64,000 bases of DNA from a bacterium (GTDB lineage: Bacteria; Patescibacteriota; Patescibacteriia; UBA9934): positions 192 to 64,191 of the forward strand of contig JAQCKO010000004.1 of assembly GCA_027592325.1 (NCBI GenBank), written 5' to 3'. The notes beneath the pieces were generated by a model, which saw only the letters and a list, made by a program, of their open reading frames with translations, made no database searches and was not told the origin of the DNA. Below are positions 60,794 through 64,000 of this stretch, piece after piece. Each line of letters begins with the position of its first letter. Within the stretch, counting starts at the first letter, position 1. Position numbers and translations under genes: made by a program.

Positions 60794-62200
60794 ATGAATA
60801 CTCACGAACTTTGGCAGGCCGCGCTCGCGGAACTTGAACTAAAGCTCTCCAAGGCACATTTCACAACATGGTTTAAGCAAACGTTTATTGTTTCTTGTAC
60901 GGAGGGTGATGTCACCATTGCCGTACCGAATAGCTTTACTCGCACATGGCTTTCAAAGAAGTATCAGCGGCAAATCACCGAAGCGCTCGAGCGTGCGCTC
61001 GAGGCGCCCGTGAGGAAAATTGGATACGAGGTTGAGCTCAAAACGCCCGATCCGGCGCCTGTCATTTTTGAGACCGTGCAAAAGGCCCCTGTACCAGAAT
61101 ATACATCCACCGAAGATTTATATGGATTCAGCACAGGAAGCAGTACACCCGTACAAGATGCGCCTCGGGGTAATGTCACCATTAATCCATCCTATACCTT
61201 CGATTCGTACGTTGTAGGAAAGCAGAACGAGCTTGCGCATGCCGCTGCACAGGCCGTTGCTATGCGACCCGGTGGAACATATAATCCCGTTTTTATATAT
61301 GGTGGCGTGGGACTGGGAAAAACCCATTTACTTCACTCTATCGCAAATACCATCCTCCGAAATTCTCCAAATGCAAATGTGCTTTATGTGACTTGCGAAC
61401 ACTTCACCAATGACTTCATTCAGTCTGTCCGTAGCGGACGAGCAAAAGATTTTAAAGATCGCTATCGTAACGTTGACTTGCTCCTCATTGATGATATTCA
61501 GTTCATCACAGGAAAAGAAGGAACACAGGAAGAATTTTTTCACACGTTCAACACCCTTCACCAAAACAACCGCCAAATCGTCATTTCATCGGATAGGCCC
61601 CCAAAATCTATTGCATCTCTTGAAAAACGCTTGCTTTCACGCCTTGAGTGGGGAATGCTCGTCGATGTTGGTGCGCCGGACCTTGAAACGCGTATCGCGA
61701 TTTTAGAATCAAAAAGCATTCAAAAAGGCTTCCCTCTTGGAAAGGAGCTCTTGCATCATGTCGCGGACCGCATCTCCTCTAATGTGCGTGAACTGGAGGG
61801 AGCACTCAATAAAATCATTGCCTATCATCAATTCAAGAACCTGAGCCCAAGCATCGAATCGATCCTCCCTGTCATTTCGTCGCTTGAATCAAGTGCCGAA
61901 CAAAAAACCGTATCACCAAAAGAAGTTATAAAAACGGTAACAAGTTATTTTGACATTGAGGTTCCTGATGTTCTTGGAAAAAGCCGTGAAAAGCGTCTGG
62001 CCTTTCCAAGGCAAATCATCATGTATCTCCTGCGTGAGGAAATGCGACTCTCTTACCCGTCTATTGGAACCGAACTTGGTGGGCGTGACCACACAACGGC
62101 CATGCACGCCTACTCAAAAATCCACAAACTTAAGGATGGAGATGAAAAGCTGCAAAGGGACCTTGAGGTAATTAAGGAGCAACTTTATACCGGTGCATAA
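60794..62200 (+). CDS. dnaA: chromosomal replication initiator DnaA
   Basis: GGVGLGKTHLLH Walker A, LLIDDIQF Walker B, C-terminal DnaA-box binding HTH; DnaA box tgtggatat at 60737-60745 upstream. Confidence 0.95.
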   Translation: MNTHELWQAALAELELKLSKAHFTTWFKQTFIVSCTEGDVTIAVPNSFTRTWLSKKYQRQITEALERALEAPVRKIGYEVELKTPDPAPVIFETVQKAPVPEYTSTEDLYGFSTGSSTPVQDAPRGNVTINPSYTFDSYVVGKQNELAHAAAQAVAMRPGGTYNPVFIYGGVGLGKTHLLHSIANTILRNSPNANVLYVTCEHFTNDFIQSVRSGRAKDFKDRYRNVDLLLIDDIQFITGKEGTQEEFFHTFNTLHQNNRQIVISSDRPPKSIASLEKRLLSRLEWGMLVDVGAPDLETRIAILESKSIQKGFPLGKELLHHVADRISSNVRELEGALNKIIAYHQFKNLSPSIESILPVISSLESSAEQKTVSPKEVIKTVTSYFDIEVPDVLGKSREKRLAFPRQIIMYLLREEMRLSYPSIGTELGGRDHTTAMHAYSKIHKLKDGDEKLQRDLEVIKEQLYTGA

Positions 62201-62406
62201 ATCGGGAACGGGAGGGGATAACCCCTTCCTTTCTCTCCCAGAACAGACTGCTGCCAAAATTATGCACTGTGTGCGCACAGCACTGTGCAGAAATTGACCA
62301 CAACGTACCGTACCCAGTCTCAGCAAAAAAACCGGCTTCTCCACGGTATCCACACCCCCTATTACTACTACTATAGAGAAATAATTATTATCTAATATAC
62401 AAGCCT
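62201..62406 (+). other. candidate oriC (dnaA-dnaN intergenic region)
   Basis: gtatccaca box at 62346-62354, gggataacc box-like 9-mer, and an AT-rich 40-nt stretch ctattactactactatagagaaataattattatctaatatac at 62361-62402. Confidence 0.45.
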
Positions 62407-63525
62407 GTGAAATTCTCATGTACAAAAGAAAACCTACGTCAGGGGCTGGCGGCGGCAAGTCACGTAAGCACAAAGGACCCAAACTATCCTTTTCTGGAGC
62501 AAGTGCTTATAAAGGCACGTAAGTCCGGTGTAGAGCTCTTCGCAACAAACATGCATGTATCGCTTTTTGCAAAGATGCGTGCAAAAGTTGATCAGGAGGG
62601 CGAATATGCAGTGCCATCAAAGCTTCTATTTGATTACGTAAACCTCCTTCCCGATGAACGCATAGACGTTGATCTTATTGATGAAGCATTGCTAGTAAAG
62701 TGTGGACGTGGAAAGACAACGGTAAAAGGAGACGTGGGGGGAGAATTTCCGGTTATGGACATTCCAGAAGGCGGAAAAGAATTCACCTTCAGCAACGCGC
62801 ATATTGCGCGCGCACTTTCTGAAGTTTCGTTTTCCATGGCAACAACAGAAGCGCGTCCAGAACTTGTGGGTGTATCGATACAGTCTTCTGACCGGGGTCT
62901 CGTGCTTGCATCAACAGACAGCTATCGGCTCTCAGAGACGCTCCTAGCCGCAGAGGTAGGGGGAAACGAGTCAGTGTCCGTTATCTTGCCAAAGGGCTTT
63001 GTGACAGAGCTTCAGCGTGTTCTTGCGCTTGTGCGTGACAACGTAGAGACTACCGCTGTCAGTATGCGCATAACAGAATCGCAGGTCGTAGCAGAATGCG
63101 GTGGCATTATTCTTATTTCAGATCTCGTTGCTGGAAATTACCCAGACTATACCCAGGTTATTCCATCTGAATGGAAAACCGACATTTTATTCGAGGTTGC
63201 GGCGGTGCAAAAAGCCATTAAAGCAGCGAGTCTATTCTCGCGCACAGGGCTTTTTGATATTTATTTGACAGCAAATGTTCAGGAGCAGATGCTTGAACTT
63301 CGCGGAGAAGATTCGGTGCGTGGAAAGAATGTTGTAGAAATTCCAGCCGCCATTGATGGAGAGCCTTCCGATATCGCGGTAAATTTTCGGTATCTACTTG
63401 ACGGGCTTTCTGTGCTTCCAGAAGAAAAAGCGCGCTTCCGACTCATTAGCCGGAAGCACCCTTGTTTGCTTACATCTCCCCAGGAAGCAAGCTTTCGCTA
63501 TATTGTGATGCCTATTCGTCAATAG
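62407..63525 (+). CDS. dnaN: DNA polymerase III beta sliding clamp
   Basis: 372 aa, MKFSCTKENLRQGL ... three-domain clamp layout, directly after dnaA. Confidence 0.9.
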   Translation: MKFSCTKENLRQGLAAASHVSTKDPNYPFLEQVLIKARKSGVELFATNMHVSLFAKMRAKVDQEGEYAVPSKLLFDYVNLLPDERIDVDLIDEALLVKCGRGKTTVKGDVGGEFPVMDIPEGGKEFTFSNAHIARALSEVSFSMATTEARPELVGVSIQSSDRGLVLASTDSYRLSETLLAAEVGGNESVSVILPKGFVTELQRVLALVRDNVETTAVSMRITESQVVAECGGIILISDLVAGNYPDYTQVIPSEWKTDILFEVAAVQKAIKAASLFSRTGLFDIYLTANVQEQMLELRGEDSVRGKNVVEIPAAIDGEPSDIAVNFRYLLDGLSVLPEEKARFRLISRKHPCLLTSPQEASFRYIVMPIRQ

Positions 63526-64000
63526 GGGGTTCAGAGGATTCGAGAATGTCAGGAGCGCGAAGTGTTTGCCTTGTGAGCGTTGTCACCGGTGTTGCGGCTA
63601 CAGTATCTCCTTCCTTTTCTGCCTCGACTTCAATAAGATAGTTTGCTTCGGAGGGAATGTTCCAAGGAGCAATAGTGAGCGCACTGACGGTGTCTTTAGA
63701 GAGAATCGTTATTCGCTCCCCTGTTAGCAAGTTGAATGCTGTTACGCGCAAGTTCCGCAGCTCGCTACTATCGCTCGCCTCTATGACGACATTGTAGGTA
63801 TCTCCGTCAGCATACTCGATGATCTGTCCATGAATGGGATTTGTAATTGAGAGTGTACTGAATGTTCCTGCTTCTGTGACGTTGATACGAACCGTTTCAC
63901 TGTCACGATTTCCAACGTCGTCGTAAACAGTGACGGTAAGATCATACTCGCCTCTTGAGACCCAGCTTGGAAGGGTGCTTGCTACGCTTTTATTATAGCT
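63512..64000 (-). CDS. C-terminal part of a probable surface protein (5' end outside window)
   Basis: Open minus-strand frame running to the window edge; Thr/Val/Ser-rich beta-strand-like sequence. Confidence 0.35.
   Translation of the reverse strand, partial: SYNKSVASTLPSWVSRGEYDLTVTVYDDVGNRDSETVRINVTEAGTFSTLSITNPIHGQIIEYADGDTYNVVIEASDSSELRNLRVTAFNLLTGERITILSKDTVSALTIAPWNIPSEANYLIEVEAEKEGDTVAATPVTTLTRQTLRAPDILESSEPPIDE

Overview
This window is a dense, mostly housekeeping stretch of a small bacterial chromosome that looks like a Candidate Phyla Radiation (Patescibacteria) genome. Supporting signs are a standalone 16S rRNA with a mutated 515F primer site, tRNAs with encoded CCA, weak Shine-Dalgarno sequences and about 45-50% GC. 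Recognisable genes include smc (3' fragment), rnhB, rpsP, a KH-domain gene, trmD, 16S rRNA, trmB, ruvC, rpoB-rpoC, recA, ftsK, efp-epmA, rpsF-ssb-rpsR, ychF, rmuC, rpsT, holA, polA, two Xer-like recombinases, rpsO, a NYN-domain gene, pnp, lspA, yifB/comM, ppa, an M23/LysM peptidase, tig, yidD-rnpA-rpmH and dnaA-dnaN with a candidate oriC. There are seven tRNAs: Pro, Phe, Ile, Gly, Arg(CCT), Arg(TCT) and His. Several things are not explained by the housekeeping backbone. (1) A four-gene operon of signal-peptide proteins at 33.7-41.3 kb includes an 1129-aa and an 843-aa protein and is preceded by a cluster of DnaA-box-like motifs. (2) Several short GC-rich islets (55-65% GC, background about 45-50%) sit beside tRNA genes, the 16S gene or Xer recombinases, and at least two carry their own sigma70-like promoter. 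(3) A roughly 600-nt untranslated region at 53.3-53.9 kb has a strong promoter and an intrinsic terminator directly abutting a dksA-like-lspA-yifB operon. (4) tRNA-Ile and tRNA-Gly share duplicated upstream leader modules. (5) A short intergenic repeat family occurs at about 12.8, 26.7 and 30.3 kb. (6) One Xer-like recombinase is split by a frameshift in a T7 homopolymer and overlaps trmD by ATGA. No CRISPR array or clear transposon was seen. Coordinates read by eye may be off by 1-2 nt.
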